The notes under the pieces: model-generated
Database searches by the model: none
What the model saw: only the letters and a program-made list of their open reading frames with translations
Told to the model about the DNA's origin: nothing
From: a virus
Strand: one strand, 5' to 3'
DNA: 49,782 nucleotides
Virus record (IMG/VR): IMGVR_UViG_3300031237_000008
Coordinates: 1 to 49,782 of that record
Shown here: positions 1 through 7,167 of the stretch, one piece after another
Layout of the letters: every line of letters begins with the position of its first letter
How positions within the stretch are numbered: position 1 is the first letter of the stretch
Made by a program: the position numbers and the translations under genes

Positions 1-27
1 TCCTGCTCCCTGTAGCCTGTCAAGGGA
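1..27. repeat. 27-nt terminal overlap; positions 1-27 are identical to 49756-49782 (circular closure or terminal redundancy)
   Basis: tcctgctccctgtagcctgtcaaggga is present at both window ends. The terminator-to-promoter module on the leftward strand (70-87, then 49749-49778) is contiguous only when the ends are joined. Confidence 0.9.
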
Positions 28-69
28 AAACGTGCATCCGCTCCAATAAATCGTCATACCAATGAAGAA

Positions 70-87
70 GGCCCGCCGTAGCGGGCC
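70..87 (-). terminator. rho-independent terminator of leftward early unit 500->115
   Basis: GGCCCGC-cgta-GCGGGCC hairpin. On the minus strand it is followed by TTCTTCATT and lies just downstream of the stop at 115. The same hairpin recurs at 49410-49427. Confidence 0.6.
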
Positions 88-114
88 TGTGAGTGTGCTG
101 GTGCGGTGTTCCCC

Positions 115-288
115 CTATACCCTGTCCTTGAAGTCCTGCACCAGCTCTGCGGCGCTCATTGGACACTCTGGGAAGTCCTGGGTAAACTCACTGGCCGCTG
201 CTGTGAGTTCGCCAATCGGGTATGCCCTCTCCGCCTGGGGGTAATTGAAGAAGCGATCACTCCATAGCGCATGTTCCATCATCGTCAT
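115..288 (-). CDS. hypothetical early protein (57 aa, below the ORF-track cutoff)
   Basis: ATG at 288 overlaps the TGA of ORF 285-500 (ATGA). AGGAG lies upstream. Stop TAG at 115-117 is followed by the terminator hairpin. Confidence 0.55.
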   Translation of the reverse strand: MTMMEHALWSDRFFNYPQAERAYPIGELTAAASEFTQDFPECPMSAAELVQDFKDRV

Positions 289-500
289 TGGGTGCTCTCC
301 TTTTTGTAGTATGCCCGCGTCCGGGCTGCACAGTTGGGGCAGAGCAGTAAATGCATCTCCGCCGGGTTGGGTTGATATGGGGTGTTATGTGGTGCAAACA
401 GGTTGATATAGCGCCAGTCATTGGGGAGCGTTGGGCCTGAACCGTGTTCGCTGCATCCTGGCGAGTCGCACGTCCAATGCTGACTCTTGCTGACGGACAT
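285..500 (-). CDS. hypothetical early protein, possible zinc ribbon
   Basis: 71-aa track ORF. GGAGGA lies upstream of ATG 500 and the promoter at 522-550 is immediately upstream. Contains C-x4-C and C-x2-C pairs. Confidence 0.65.
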   Translation of the reverse strand: MSVSKSQHWTCDSPGCSEHGSGPTLPNDWRYINLFAPHNTPYQPNPAEMHLLLCPNCAARTRAYYKKESTQ

Positions 501-521
501 TGATATTATCCTCCGCGCACA

Positions 522-550
522 ATCCTAATCCCATGCCCGCACCCTGTCAA
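522..550 (-). promoter_or_regulatory. sigma70-like leftward early promoter
   Basis: Minus strand reads TTGACA (550-545), a 17-nt spacer, then TAGGAT (527-522). The same TTGACA/TAGGAT architecture occurs at 49294-49323 and 49749-49778. Confidence 0.6.
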
Positions 551-573
551 GGAAAATCGTCATACCATTAGTA

Positions 574-624
574 GTAGTTACTATGTAGTTACCCTGCCCG
601 GCTACAGCCCGGCCATGTAGTTAC
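574..624. promoter_or_regulatory. three copies of GTAGTTAC between divergent early promoters (operator-like)
   Basis: GTAGTTAC at 574-581, 585-592 and 617-624, located between the leftward (522-550) and rightward (703-731) promoters. Confidence 0.4.
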
Positions 625-702
625 TAAGTAGTACATATATCACCCTTGTGTATACCAATTGAGTAGCCATGTATCTTGTGGTGCTGGTGCTGCATATTTT
701 CC

Positions 703-731
703 TTGACATTGGGATGGGGCGGCGGTATTAT
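703..731 (+). promoter_or_regulatory. sigma70-like rightward early promoter
   Basis: TTGACA 703-708, 17-nt spacer, TATTAT 726-731. The ATG at 741 follows 9 nt later, giving a very short leader. Confidence 0.65.
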
Positions 732-740
732 GTACTCACC

Positions 741-1202
741 ATGAACACACAGACACACACACTGAATGACGGCGGGCGGGCTGCTGCTGGCTATCGCGGC
801 GAGACCGGGGATTGCGTCTGTCGGGCGATTGCGATTGCTGCCCAGCTTCCCTATCAGGTGGTCTATGACGGCCTGAACGCTGCTGCTATCGGGGAGCGCA
901 AGGGGAAGCGCAAGCGGGGAACGTCCAGCGCCAGGACGGGCGTCTACACGCCCACGATTCGCCGCTACATGGCATCCCTGGGTTGGACATGGACCCCCAC
1001 GATGGCGATAGGCTCCGGGTGCAAGGTGCATCTACGGGCGGACGAGCTTCCGGGCGGGCGGCTAGTCGTGTCGCTCTCTAAGCACTACACCGCCGTCATT
1101 GATGGCGCAATTCACGACACGCACGACCCATCGCGGAATGGGACGCGCTGTGTCTACGGCTACTACCAGCAATCTAGACACACACAAGGGGGAAGGATAT
1201 GA
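741..1202 (+). CDS. conserved phage protein, possible Cys/His (papain-like) hydrolase fold
   Basis: Track ORF 669-1202 trimmed to ATG 741 because the promoter lies inside the longer version. Motifs GDCVCRAIAIA and KHYTAVIDG...D recall a widespread phage family (recollection, not searched). Confidence 0.7.
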   Translation: MNTQTHTLNDGGRAAAGYRGETGDCVCRAIAIAAQLPYQVVYDGLNAAAIGERKGKRKRGTSSARTGVYTPTIRRYMASLGWTWTPTMAIGSGCKVHLRADELPGGRLVVSLSKHYTAVIDGAIHDTHDPSRNGTRCVYGYYQQSRHTQGGRI

Positions 1203-1402
1203 CACAAGATAGCGCAGCAATCGAACGACTGAACGGAGCGGCAACCGAAACGGATTTGAGCGTGATGCCGGACCCCTGTTCCTACAGCGATTTTCCAATC
1301 AGGGTTTTGGGTGGACGAGGCGCTCTCTTGGCGCGCTTCGCGAAAGAGAACGATGCGGCAATCTACATCATGGGATACGCCGCAGGACGCAAGGCCAGCT
1401 AA
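1199..1402 (+). CDS. hypothetical early protein
   Basis: 67-aa ORF. The GGGGGAAGGA RBS lies inside a 28-bp repeat shared with the next gene. ATGA overlap with the upstream stop. Confidence 0.6.
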   Translation: MTQDSAAIERLNGAATETDLSVMPDPCSYSDFPIRVLGGRGALLARFAKENDAAIYIMGYAAGRKAS

Positions 1403-1539
1403 CCCCACCTGACACAGCCCGACGTGTTCCCGGAGCCGGAGCGCGGGTCGCTGAGTGTTATGGGAGCGCAGGCGGTCCGCATGAGCCTAGCGGAGATTTT
1501 CAGGACAGAGCGGGACAGACACACACAAGGGGGAAGGAT

Positions 1540-1731
1540 ATGACGGTAAAACAGCAACAGTTCCAGATGCGCGAGAACCAGGCAAAGTTCTGGCACGCCT
1601 TCGCCTTCTTGGCGGTACATGGCAAGCGCGATTGGCAATCGTACTCCATCGCCATGCTCACGGATCCGCCAGGGCCGGAGCAGGTGGCCGCGATTGTGGC
1701 AGAGGCGGCAGATTTCAAACAGGCCAGCTAA
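1540..1731 (+). CDS. hypothetical early protein
   Basis: 63-aa ORF preceded by the second copy of the 28-bp RBS/start repeat. It shares the 3' boundary aggccagctaaccc with the previous gene. Confidence 0.6.
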   Translation: MTVKQQQFQMRENQAKFWHAFAFLAVHGKRDWQSYSIAMLTDPPGPEQVAAIVAEAADFKQAS

Positions 1732-1797
1732 CCCGCTGTCCAGTGCCTACCGCTCCGGCCTACCAGCAGAGCGGGTGGCAGTAGACAGGGAGGCAAC

Positions 1798-2004
1798 ATG
1801 GCAAACATGAGCTATTGCAGATTTCAGAACACGGTCAGGGACTTGGCAGATTGCAAGCATGAGTTCTTGGGCGTTGACAGCATCGAGGAAGCGAAGGCCG
1901 CTCTCAAGATGTACCAGCTATGCCGGGACATCGCGGAGAGCTACGGCGTGGACGACTTGGCCGCACAGGTGGCCGAGATTGAGGAAGAAGCGAAGCAGGA
2001 CTAG
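1798..2004 (+). CDS. hypothetical early protein (MSYCRF... family)
   Basis: 68-aa ORF with a GGGAGG RBS. The N-terminal MANMSYCRFQNT..DL..C pattern recalls a common small phage protein family. Confidence 0.65.
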   Translation: MANMSYCRFQNTVRDLADCKHEFLGVDSIEEAKAALKMYQLCRDIAESYGVDDLAAQVAEIEEEAKQD

Positions 2005-2035
2005 CACAACCTGACGTACGAAGGAGACGCAGACA

Positions 2036-2290
2036 ATGACACGCAAAGACTACATCGCAATCGCGGAGGCGCTGAGGTTTGCACGGGAGCACGAGACGGA
2101 AGCCTATCTCCGCCTGCCAGAGCACCAGCAATCGAAGCTAGCGGTAATCGGCATCACCACGGCGGCGGAGTACATCGCCAACGCCATGCAGGACGACAAC
2201 CCCCGCTTTGACCGGGACCACTTTTTGAAAGTCGTTCGCGGGGAGCGGGAGTTGCAGAGCAGGCCGAAGCGGGCGGGGAGGGGAGCATGA
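2036..2290 (+). CDS. hypothetical early protein
   Basis: 84-aa ORF with an AAGGAG RBS. Confidence 0.65.
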   Translation: MTRKDYIAIAEALRFAREHETEAYLRLPEHQQSKLAVIGITTAAEYIANAMQDDNPRFDRDHFLKVVRGERELQSRPKRAGRGA

Positions 2291-2511
2291 GTAAGCGCAA
2301 GTTTTATCGGACGGTGTTTCAGTATGAGGTTCTATCCGAGGAGCCGCTTCCCGATTGCATGACTCTGGAACAAATCAGTTACGAAACAATGGAGGGCCAT
2401 TGTTCGGGGATGTTTCTCGAAACAACAAAGCAGGAGGTAACAGCACGGAGCATGGTAACGCTGCTCTTGGCGCAGGGGAGTGACCCGGAGTTTTTCGGGT
2501 TGCAAGAGTAG
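2287..2511 (+). CDS. hypothetical early protein
   Basis: 74-aa ORF. ATGA overlap with the previous stop; GGGGAGGGGAG upstream. Confidence 0.6.
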   Translation: MSKRKFYRTVFQYEVLSEEPLPDCMTLEQISYETMEGHCSGMFLETTKQEVTARSMVTLLLAQGSDPEFFGLQE

Positions 2512-2590
2512 CACGGCGGGGCACCTGCCCAGCCGCCCCCACTGGCGCAACAATCCAGCCGGGGCGAGTAGGCAGGACAAGGAGACAACA

Positions 2591-2722
2591 ATGAGATACA
2601 ACGTCAACACAGCAAGGATTATCTATTACATGGGTTTCCTCATGGCGTACCTTGAGGAGTACCCCGAAGCAGCGGATGAGGTACGCGCAGCCCTGGCACA
2701 GCTTGACGCGCTAGGCCAGTAA
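2591..2722 (+). CDS. hypothetical small protein (43 aa)
   Basis: Internal ATG of track ORF 2480-2722, preceded by AAGGAG. The longer version overlaps the previous gene. Confidence 0.5.
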   Translation: MRYNVNTARIIYYMGFLMAYLEEYPEAADEVRAALAQLDALGQ

Positions 2723-2758
2723 CTAACGGGTGGCAGTAGGCAGTAACTAGGAGGATGT

Positions 2759-2911
2759 ATGGCAAACATGGAGCCGGGGAAGCGTGGTGGCGGTTTGACG
2801 ACTGGCGATACCCGCTTTATCGCCACGGCAACCCTGGAGGAATTGCGGTTCCACAACGTCAACAAGCTGCTGGCCGCGCTGGGCGCGGAGAGGGAGAAGG
2901 TCAATGGCTGA
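2759..2911 (+). CDS. hypothetical small protein (50 aa, below the track cutoff)
   Basis: AGGAGG RBS. Starts ATGGCAAACATG, the same 12 nt as gene 1798. Its 3' end contains the first copy of a 35-bp repeat. Confidence 0.45.
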   Translation: MANMEPGKRGGGLTTGDTRFIATATLEELRFHNVNKLLAALGAEREKVNG

Positions 2912-3032
2912 GACGAAAGTGATGTTCTGTCCGTGTGCGGTAGCCGGGGCCATCCCGCCGAAGGAGGACTGGCCGTATATCCTGCTGTATCTAGTGGGAC
3001 TAGCGGCGATGTTGTGGTTTGGAGGGAGGTAA
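2904..3032 (+). CDS. hypothetical small membrane protein (42 aa)
   Basis: GGGAGAAGG RBS. ATG overlaps the end of the previous ORF. Hydrophobic stretch YILLYLVGLAAMLWF. Confidence 0.4.
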   Translation: MAETKVMFCPCAVAGAIPPKEDWPYILLYLVGLAAMLWFGGR

Positions 3033-3108
3033 TCATGTAGGACGAGGCCATTCTTGCGGACGATGTTGACAAGCTGCTGGCCGCGCTGGGCGCGGAGAGG
3101 GAGGGGAG

Positions 3109-3456
3109 ATGAGCGACAAGGTGGACATGGTGAAGCTGGCGCACGAGGTTTGCGGAGTGCCCGCCGAGCGCCCGCCTGCGGAGTGGGCGGTCAGGGCGCA
3201 GGTCGCAGTGCGTAATTATCGGCGCGAGGTCGGTGCAGTCGAGTCCGACTATTGGCCCACATCTATTGCCCGCATCATCGAACGCGAGGCTCCAGTCACA
3301 GAGTTGTGCGCGGTGCTGGAGGAGGCCCGCAGACTTCTCGAGAAGTGGGAACTGGCTACGCGGTCACATCCCGTTGGATTCCTGTCTGAACGCCGCGACA
3401 CAGAACGGGCACTCGAGCAGGCCGAAGCCGCCCTCAAGAAGCTGAGAGGAATTTAA
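3109..3456 (+). CDS. hypothetical early protein
   Basis: 115-aa ORF with a GGGAGGGGAG RBS, which is part of the second copy of the 35-bp repeat. Confidence 0.65.
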   Translation: MSDKVDMVKLAHEVCGVPAERPPAEWAVRAQVAVRNYRREVGAVESDYWPTSIARIIEREAPVTELCAVLEEARRLLEKWELATRSHPVGFLSERRDTERALEQAEAALKKLRGI

Positions 3457-3473
3457 CCTTTCGCGGGAAAACA

Positions 3474-3584
3474 ATGTCTATCCGGGCATGGGGTAGGGCG
3501 CTGGGAATAGACCGTACCACGATACGCGACAGAATCAACAAGCTGGGGTGGACGGTGGAAGAAGCACTTGGTACTCCAGTTTAG
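3474..3584 (+). CDS. small helix-turn-helix protein (36 aa), NUMOD1-like motif
   Basis: MSIRAWGRALGIDRTTIRDRINKLGWTVEEALGTPV matches the common pattern (W)A..LGI...TI..R...GW..E.AL..P. The RBS is weak. Confidence 0.5.
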   Translation: MSIRAWGRALGIDRTTIRDRINKLGWTVEEALGTPV

Positions 3585-3595
3585 ATGGGGGAGCT

Positions 3596-3778
3596 ATGAA
3601 CACCGTAAGGTTGTATCCGGTTCCACTGGCGAGTCGTGAGCGCCGCCTGGGTTTCAGGTGGCGCTTGGTGGGCCGCATCCGTGACTACTTCTACAGGACG
3701 AAGCGCGAGGCGATGCGGGATGCGCGGTTCTGGCAGAACGGGAAGCGGGGCAGCGGAGCCAGCTGCTTGTTGTACTAG
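3596..3778 (+). CDS. hypothetical small basic protein
   Basis: Internal ATG of track ORF 3548-3778, preceded by GGGGGAGCT. The same RBS string precedes the next gene. Confidence 0.5.
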   Translation: MNTVRLYPVPLASRERRLGFRWRLVGRIRDYFYRTKREAMRDARFWQNGKRGSGASCLLY

Positions 3779-3786
3779 GGGGAGCT

Positions 3787-3969
3787 ATGACCGAACAATG
3801 GCTGTGTATCAACTGCTGGGGCCAGGGGCCGCTACGCCCGGATGGGCGGTGCGGTAGCTGTGGCTCCTGGGCCGTGGTGCCTGCCGACCCGCACTACCCC
3901 AGCCCGGAGTGGGTGTACGTGTACCAGGCCGGGCGGCTGGGAAGCGTATTTGGGCCGTTGTACCAGTAG
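3787..3969 (+). CDS. hypothetical zinc-ribbon protein
   Basis: 60-aa ORF with RBS GGGGGAGCT. Contains CINC...CGSC Cys pairs. Confidence 0.55.
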   Translation: MTEQWLCINCWGQGPLRPDGRCGSCGSWAVVPADPHYPSPEWVYVYQAGRLGSVFGPLYQ

Positions 3970-3975
3970 CTAGAC

Positions 3976-4004
3976 TTGCGTTACTGACGCGTATATGGTA
4001 TGCT
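3976..4004 (+). promoter_or_regulatory. candidate promoter with extended -10 ahead of the HNH gene
   Basis: TTGCGT 3976-3981, 17-nt spacer, TGgTATGCT with -10 at 3999-4004. Confidence 0.5.
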
Positions 4005-4021
4005 GGTTCCGTTGGTAACGC

Positions 4022-4549
4022 ATGAAACGCACTAGGGGACATTGGGCGGTTTACGGAAGCACGGTAATCCCGAGGCAATACTGCTGGGATTGCGGAACTT
4101 GGGCCTTTGTAATTGACGGGAGATTGAGATGCTGCGGAGAAAAGACGAGCCGCGAGACAGCCGGGTTCAAGCAGATGTCAGAGGCTCCGCGTGGGCGACA
4201 CCGTCCACCACGCAAAGAACAGAAGCGTATCCTGATGGCGCAAGAGTACAGGTGCTTATATTGTTCCCGGCAGTTTGGCTCCGTGGTATGGCGAGGACGA
4301 CAACGCTCGACCCTTCGCATCAACTGGGACCACATGGTTCCGTACTCCTACTCCAGGAACAACACCACCGGCAATTTCGCTGCTGCCTGCCAGATTTGCA
4401 ATGGCATAAAGGGTGCAATCATGTTCGAGTCAATCGAGAAAGCGCGGGTGCACATTAATGGGCGCTGGAAAGAAAAAGGCATTACCGATTCCATGCCAGA
4501 AATGCGGCTTAGAGTTCCCACCGAAACGCCAGTGGCAAAAGTTTTGTAG
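4022..4549 (+). CDS. HNH homing endonuclease
   Basis: 175-aa ORF. CLYC ... WDHMVPYS...N ... CQICNGIKG gives the C-x2-C/H-N-H/C-x2-C core. Confidence 0.85.
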   Translation: MKRTRGHWAVYGSTVIPRQYCWDCGTWAFVIDGRLRCCGEKTSRETAGFKQMSEAPRGRHRPPRKEQKRILMAQEYRCLYCSRQFGSVVWRGRQRSTLRINWDHMVPYSYSRNNTTGNFAAACQICNGIKGAIMFESIEKARVHINGRWKEKGITDSMPEMRLRVPTETPVAKVL

Positions 4550-4604
4550 TCCCAAGTGTCGCCACTCGGCCTGGTTCGACAAACACTTTATCCGAAGGGG
4601 GTAG
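4458..4604 (+). CDS. hypothetical zinc-ribbon protein overlapping the 3' end of the HNH gene
   Basis: Internal ATG of track ORF 4413-4604. CQKCG...QKFCSPKCR motif. Overlaps the HNH ORF by 92 nt in another frame. Confidence 0.45.
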   Translation: MGAGKKKALPIPCQKCGLEFPPKRQWQKFCSPKCRHSAWFDKHFIRRG

Positions 4605-4610
4605 GGGGGC

Positions 4611-4811
4611 ATGGAATACCTGGCAGGGCGTGATTCGGACGATTACGGAGTAGCTCCCCGGCCCTGTGCGGTCACTGTGGCCATGTTGTGCGCCTTGGCC
4701 GAAGATTGCGACGCATTTATTTGGGCAAATGGGGATATAGATACCGCCAAGCTGGTAGCAATTGTTACCGAGTGCTGCCAAGAGGCAGGGCTGGGGGTAG
4801 GCCAATGTTAG
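4611..4811 (+). CDS. hypothetical protein
   Basis: 66-aa ORF with a GGGGGTAGGGGGG RBS. Confidence 0.5.
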   Translation: MEYLAGRDSDDYGVAPRPCAVTVAMLCALAEDCDAFIWANGDIDTAKLVAIVTECCQEAGLGVGQC

Positions 4812-4854
4812 CCCTGTTGCTGCATGTCCTGCTGGACTGGCTGCGGGGGCGGCC

Positions 4855-5223
4855 ATGAGTAACAATACCCCCAACTTCCGTCAGCAGGCCCGCCGCGTGG
4901 CTCCTCGTGGCTTGGTATGGCAACCCGAGCACTCGTTCTGCGCCGCCATGTTGATGCAATGTCTCATGGACGGCATGGTACTGAACCGGAGATACTACCG
5001 CCCAGCCGCCCGGTACTGGATGACCCAAGCCTCGGAAGAGCCGGGGGGCTTCGTGTGGTGCTGCCGGGGGGTGCTACTGGACCCGGTAGCCACCCGCGCC
5101 GCCATCTTGGCCCGCTGGAAAGAAGGGCTACCCGATGGCCGCCGCCGCCACTTCTACCGGGCCAAGTTCCAGATGCGGGGCAACTCGCCCACCACCCCCG
5201 GCGTGACCGACCCCCTCTTATAA
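4855..5223 (+). CDS. hypothetical protein
   Basis: 122-aa ORF followed directly by a strong hairpin. Confidence 0.6.
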   Translation: MSNNTPNFRQQARRVAPRGLVWQPEHSFCAAMLMQCLMDGMVLNRRYYRPAARYWMTQASEEPGGFVWCCRGVLLDPVATRAAILARWKEGLPDGRRRHFYRAKFQMRGNSPTTPGVTDPLL

Positions 5224-5234
5224 AGAGGGGGGTC
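5209..5234. terminator. hairpin terminator between convergent genes
   Basis: GACCCCCTCTT-ata-AAGAGGGGGGTC, with the TAA stop (5221-5223) in the hairpin. Lies between + gene 4855-5223 and - gene 5335-6204. Confidence 0.6.
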
Positions 5235-5239
5235 ACAGG

Positions 5240-5303
5240 AGCGGTCGCGCCTGTGAGACAAATACCTTTATTATCTACAACATCTGGGGGTGGCGCGACC
5301 GCT
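5240..5303. repeat. 12-bp inverted repeat flanking a 40-nt AT-richer loop
   Basis: AGCGGTCGCGCC (5240-5251) and GGCGCGACCGCT (5292-5303). Followed by the tandem CGGTTACGCC CGGTTACGCC at about 5315-5334. Confidence 0.6.
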
Positions 5304-5334
5304 TTCTGGAAATGCGGTTACGCCCGGTTACGCC

Positions 5335-6204
5335 TTACTCTTTTTCTTCGCCTTTTTTCCAGTCATGGAAGCCAACCGACAGCGTTTCCCAGTCCAGCTT
5401 GACCCGGAAGGCGTGGATGGGTACACCGCGCCGGATGGTGGGGACTATCTGAATGACCCCGGCAGAGCGGTTGACCACTTGGGCCATCAGGAACGAGTCA
5501 CCCTTGCCGAAGGTGTATTGTGCCCCGCGCAGGGACTCTGGATTGCCCCCGGCCTCGCCCTTCTGGGCCTTGCGGGTATGGTGGCAGATGATGCAGGCCA
5601 GCTTGTACCGCTCCCGCAGCCGGTCCAGGTTGCGGAACACGGCGCTCATCTCCTGGGTGCTGTTCTCATCTGCTCCGTGGAACTCCACCAGTGGGTCAAG
5701 CGCCAGCACGTCCGGGTGGCAGGATTCTATGACTTGGCAGAAGCGCCCCATGCCCTCGTCGGTGTCCAAGCGCAACGAGCGGTCGCAACTGGCAAAGAAC
5801 AGATTGCGGGAGGCGGGGGATTGCTTGGGTACCTCCAGGGAGTTGTATCGCTTGCGATATCGTAACTGCAAATCGTACCAGCCGATCTCCTGCTCGACCA
5901 GCAGCACGGTCACGGGCTTCTTGACCATGAAGCGCGGATAGGTACGACCGTGTTCCGTCTTGTGTGCCGCGAACAGATTGGAGCCGGTGGCCAGATTCAG
6001 CGCAATCTCACCCAGCAGGAATGATTTGTAACTTTTGGGTGCGCCGCCTATCAACATGATGCCGTTGTTTGGCAGCAGCCCCTCGCCAATGAGCGATGGG
6101 TCTTCTGTGAACTCCAGGTCAATCACTTCGCGCAATGAGAGCGGGCTATCTGACTTGGACATTCGCAAGATTACGGGGGCCGCTACGCTTGCGAACCGTA
6201 GCAA
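5335..6204 (-). CDS. RecA-fold ATPase, AAA_25/RepA-like (putative replication helicase or initiator)
   Basis: 289-aa ORF with Walker A GGAPKSYKS and Walker B-like VLALDPL. It is the only minus-strand gene in the rightward arm. The start is uncertain (TTG 6204 or ATG 6162). Confidence 0.8.
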   Translation of the reverse strand: MLRFASVAAPVILRMSKSDSPLSLREVIDLEFTEDPSLIGEGLLPNNGIMLIGGAPKSYKSFLLGEIALNLATGSNLFAAHKTEHGRTYPRFMVKKPVTVLLVEQEIGWYDLQLRYRKRYNSLEVPKQSPASRNLFFASCDRSLRLDTDEGMGRFCQVIESCHPDVLALDPLVEFHGADENSTQEMSAVFRNLDRLRERYKLACIICHHTRKAQKGEAGGNPESLRGAQYTFGKGDSFLMAQVVNRSAGVIQIVPTIRRGVPIHAFRVKLDWETLSVGFHDWKKGEEKE

Positions 6205-6236
6205 CCCCCGCGACTCAGGTGCGTACAGGAGATTCC

Positions 6237-6245
6237 ACTATACCA
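6237..6245 (-). promoter_or_regulatory. candidate extended -10 promoter for the RepA-like gene
   Basis: Minus strand reads TGgTATAGT. CCGCAACC direct repeats lie nearby (about 6250-6257 and 6289-6296). Confidence 0.4.
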
Positions 6246-6297
6246 TACCCCGCAACCATTACTACTTGGTAAACAGTAAATATAGTTGCCGCAACCC

Positions 6298-6327
6298 TTG
6301 ACACGGCCCCGTACTTTCCTTTACTAT
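6298..6327 (+). promoter_or_regulatory. sigma70-like promoter restarting rightward transcription
   Basis: TTGACA 6298-6303, 18-nt spacer, TACTAT 6322-6327. Divergent from the RepA-like gene promoter. Confidence 0.5.
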
Positions 6328-6359
6328 GGGTTCAGTCAAACAATAAACAGAGGCAAACA

Positions 6360-6572
6360 ATGGCACAGGGCAGGAATGTTGAGTGTGAGAACAGGTTTTC
6401 GTGGGACCAGATACACGCCGGGATTCTCGCCGGGATTCTCATGGACATCCGCGATGAGTTGTGCAAGCTGAACCGACTTCTCGGCTGTCCCAATTTTCTC
6501 GATGTCCCACACATCTTGCGGCGCATCTCCCAGCACACGGCCAAGCCCAAGAGAAAGAAGCGGAGCAAATAA
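6360..6572 (+). CDS. hypothetical protein with a basic C-terminus
   Basis: 70-aa ORF downstream of the 6298 promoter. Ends KPKRKKRSK. Competing minus-strand ORFs lack signals. Confidence 0.5.
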   Translation: MAQGRNVECENRFSWDQIHAGILAGILMDIRDELCKLNRLLGCPNFLDVPHILRRISQHTAKPKRKKRSK

Positions 6573-6573
6573 A

Positions 6574-6768
6574 TTGCCTGTAAAGCGCAAGTCTACCGGG
6601 AACAGTCGCCAACGCCGTTACCAACTCCGCCAGCAGAAGCTGGGCCGCTGCACCATCTGCGGCAAGAAGCCGCTGGAGACGAATGACTATTGCAAGAAGC
6701 ACGCCAGGTTGTCGCGGGAGCGCAGCTTGAAGAGATACTACGCCAAGAAGGAGGCGGGGGAACAATGA
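6574..6768 (+). CDS. hypothetical zinc-binding protein
   Basis: Track ORF 6502-6768 trimmed to TTG 6574, which has GGAG 8 nt upstream and sits right after the previous stop. CTICG...C..H motif. Confidence 0.5.
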   Translation: MPVKRKSTGNSRQRRYQLRQQKLGRCTICGKKPLETNDYCKKHARLSRERSLKRYYAKKEAGEQ

Positions 6769-6968
6769 CCGACAACGAAACCACACTGGCCGAGTTGTGC
6801 TTGGCGCTCCAGAAGATAGACGAGCACGGCAAGGCGCTGACCGAGCAAGTCAAGGGTGTCCGCGAGGAGTTGGCAGCGGCGAACCATTTCCTACGCGAGG
6901 CGCGGGTGATGTTGGTAAGGGCTGCGGGGCAGATGCCCAACAACATCCCGCTGATTGGAGAAAAATGA
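6765..6968 (+). CDS. hypothetical coiled-coil protein
   Basis: Internal ATG of track ORF 6690-6968. AAGGAGG RBS and ATGA overlap with the previous stop. Confidence 0.6.
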   Translation: MTDNETTLAELCLALQKIDEHGKALTEQVKGVREELAAANHFLREARVMLVRAAGQMPNNIPLIGEK

Positions 6969-7156
6969 CCCGCCCATTCAAGCCCAAGTTCTGCGAGCAG
7001 TGTCTGGACGGCGCACCATTCCGGCAGTGTGGCAAGTGTTCCGTGTGGCTGTGTACCCGCTGCGAGGTTGACCACAATTGCGACCAGCGGTGTGACCCCA
7101 GCGCGGAGGATTACCAAGCAGGTGGCAAGTACAGTCACGGATTCACGATTCCATAA
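6965..7156 (+). CDS. hypothetical Cys-rich (B-box-like) zinc-finger protein
   Basis: Internal ATG of track ORF 6797-7156 with an ATGA overlap. CEQC..CGKC..CTRC..H.C pattern. Confidence 0.6.
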   Translation: MTRPFKPKFCEQCLDGAPFRQCGKCSVWLCTRCEVDHNCDQRCDPSAEDYQAGGKYSHGFTIP

Positions 7157-7167
7157 GGGAGGTAACA

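Noticed and set aside
1-27. The 27-bp identical ends as a biological direct terminal repeat.
   Set aside because: The length is typical of an assembler k-mer overlap on a circular or circularly permuted contig. It cannot be distinguished from a true short DTR without read-end data, so it is reported only as an overlap.
62-244. A 60-aa + ORF at the left end.
   Set aside because: It starts inside the terminator hairpin and is antisense to the coupled minus-strand ORF 115-288.
4917-5402. A 161-aa + ORF overlapping gene 4855-5223 and the terminator region.
   Set aside because: It is frame-shifted relative to the RBS-supported ORF, is Pro/Arg/Gly-rich, and reads through two strong hairpins.
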